A stretch of 64,000 nucleotides of DNA from Octopus bimaculoides (lineage: Eukaryota), in assembly GCF_001194135.2 (NCBI RefSeq), contig NC_068998.1, positions 47,028,463 to 47,092,462 on the forward strand, read 5' to 3'. The position numbers and the translations under genes are program-made. Below the pieces are notes generated by a model. It saw nothing but the letters and a program-made list of their open reading frames with translations. It was not told the DNA's origin and did not search any database. Shown here piece after piece: positions 62,184 to 64,000 of this stretch; position 1 is the stretch's first letter, and every line of letters begins with the position of its first letter.

Positions 62184-63946
62184 GCCAAACCGTTCATAAT
62201 GCAACCCCTTTATAGAATGTACTGGTTGTTTTTTCCCTTTATTTGGCAGCAGTAATAGTGATGATTGCCTCATAACTTGTAATGTTAAGGGCCTAAGGTG
62301 GCCCCTGTAATGGAGGGAGAAAAGAAGAGATCAGGTGTGATGATCTGAGGCAGTGAGATTACAACATGTAAGTAAGATGAGAAGGGAACAGGATTACAGT
62401 TGTTAGTGGTGAGAGTAACAGATTAGTAGAGTTGACACTAGAGTGGAGTATGAAATGCGGAGTGGACTGTAGTGTGGGATGTGGAGTGGAGTATGAAATA
62501 TGGAGTGTAGAATGTGGAGGTAAGAGATGAGAAAACAGAGATCAAAACAAAAATAAATATAACAATGTTAACAATAAGTTGTAACAACAACAGCAACAAT
62601 GACTATATCTGTAAGTGAAGATTCGGTTTGTTTTTGTAAGGCTGAGGGTCAAAGCAGAGCAAACCAAATTATGAAAGACCCAAACAACAACAACAGAAGT
62701 GAGAAAGATGGTAATTAAAAAGAAAAACAAAACAAAAATACAGATACAACGAATAACAGAAATGCCATAAATAAGAGGTCATCAGAAATGTTTCTATTAC
62801 AAGATAGGAGAAGGGGGGAGGTGTCCCTTGGTGTTAGCTTCTGGTATGTTTAAATAATGAAAGGGTTGGTTGCATTATAAAGTTCTATCTTTGAGGGCAC
62901 CCCACCACCATACTCATACTGTCAAGACTATACATAACCATTGCTACCACCCTCACCTTCATTAGTAATGCTCCCTGTATGGAATGGTGGTGGTGGTGGT
63001 GAATGGTTAAGGAAAGACAGAGATGGACCCTACGAAGATTCCTCAGGACGGATGTGACAGCACCATGACTATAATTACCAATCAAATGACAAACAGGGCA
63101 GACAAACAGACAGACAGATAGAGACCTGTGGGGGTGTCTGTGACAGTTATCCAGGCATACCACTAGCAATGGCTCAGCACTTCTATGTTAATTAACAAGC
63201 TTCGGAACTGATGCGTTAACAATGTGTCAAATATGTGGTTGGCTGCCTGGATCTCTGATCTGATATTATTACAACTACTATAATAGGGAACAACTTCCCT
63301 TATACACACACACACACACACACACACAGACAGACAAACACAAATACATACAGACACATTTACATAAAGGAATGTAAATACATTTGGAAAGGAATTTCTC
63401 TGGTACCCTGAAGTTATGTAGAATAAAGTGGTTGTTAAAACCACATTGCAACACTACTTACATATCTGGGACAGTGCTGTTGTTACATATACAAACATCA
63501 TAGACCACATTACAATACTACTTACATTTCTAGGACAAGCCCTTTATTTCATGAGTATTCCTTATTACCTTTCCAAGACACCATAGATTTAACAATCAGA
63601 ATTTTTACAATCAAATCCAATCATGCCATACCCTCATGACTCTACTTCATTATTGCAACATAGCTTTGGAGCATGAGCAATTTCTTCCCAAGTCTACTTT
63701 CACTTTCCAGTCAATAACATCATAAGGTAGGCTTCATAATTTTTCTGATAAAAATCTAGACAGATGATAGATTCAAAGTTCTGCAGAAACTCGGCTGGTT
63801 GGTTCAAACAGGAGGCTGCCAAATTTTGGTGAAACTTGACAATCACTGTCTATTTTGTATAGAAACACACACACACACACATGTATGTAGGTATGTAGAC
63901 ATATATAATATTTATGTATCTGTATGTATCAAGGTATGTATGCATA

Positions 63947-64000
<54 letters not shown>

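Noticed and set aside
51000-64000. Further upstream myosin V exons (candidates at about 53372-53450, 55296-55339, 58496-58530, 61300-61434 and 63366-63391)
   Set aside because: Splice-like signals are present but there is no recognisable myosin V similarity; the true exons may be in gaps or beyond the window.

Overview
Eukaryotic draft-assembly window: AT-rich, dense in microsatellites and SINEs, with many N gaps. The repeat landscape and a mollusc-type 5S sequence suggest an octopus or other cephalopod (inference). Two convergent genes are supported. On the + strand is the last coding exon (TM4) of a GABA-A/glycine/GluCl-type Cys-loop receptor (4739-4897). On the - strand are the last 12 coding exons of a class V myosin (46784 to 25759). 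These splice with GT-AG boundaries and consistent phases into 506 aa of distal coiled coil plus the globular/dilute cargo-binding tail; upstream exons lie in gaps or beyond the window. The rest is tRNA-derived SINE families, RTE, R4/Dong-like and Penelope-like retroelement remnants, a mariner MITE, a 5S rRNA copy fused to a SINE, and mini/microsatellites. Most notable leads: (1) three near-identical RTE tails in +/-/+ orientation bracket two frame-preserving 3-exon modules of the myosin V tail, a possible competing-dsRNA circRNA/skipping/editing switch; (2) several phase-compatible candidate cassette and alternative terminal exons that would give tail-less myosin V isoforms; (3) a 5S-polyA-SINE chimera with no Pol III terminator; (4) (TAA)n-anchored retroelement stacks and head-to-tail SINE arrays with strict polarity; (5) hammerhead-like motifs in Penelope remnants; (6) a speculative spliced minus-strand ORF with an in-frame TGA. 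Most ORFs in the supplied track are microsatellite or gap artefacts.
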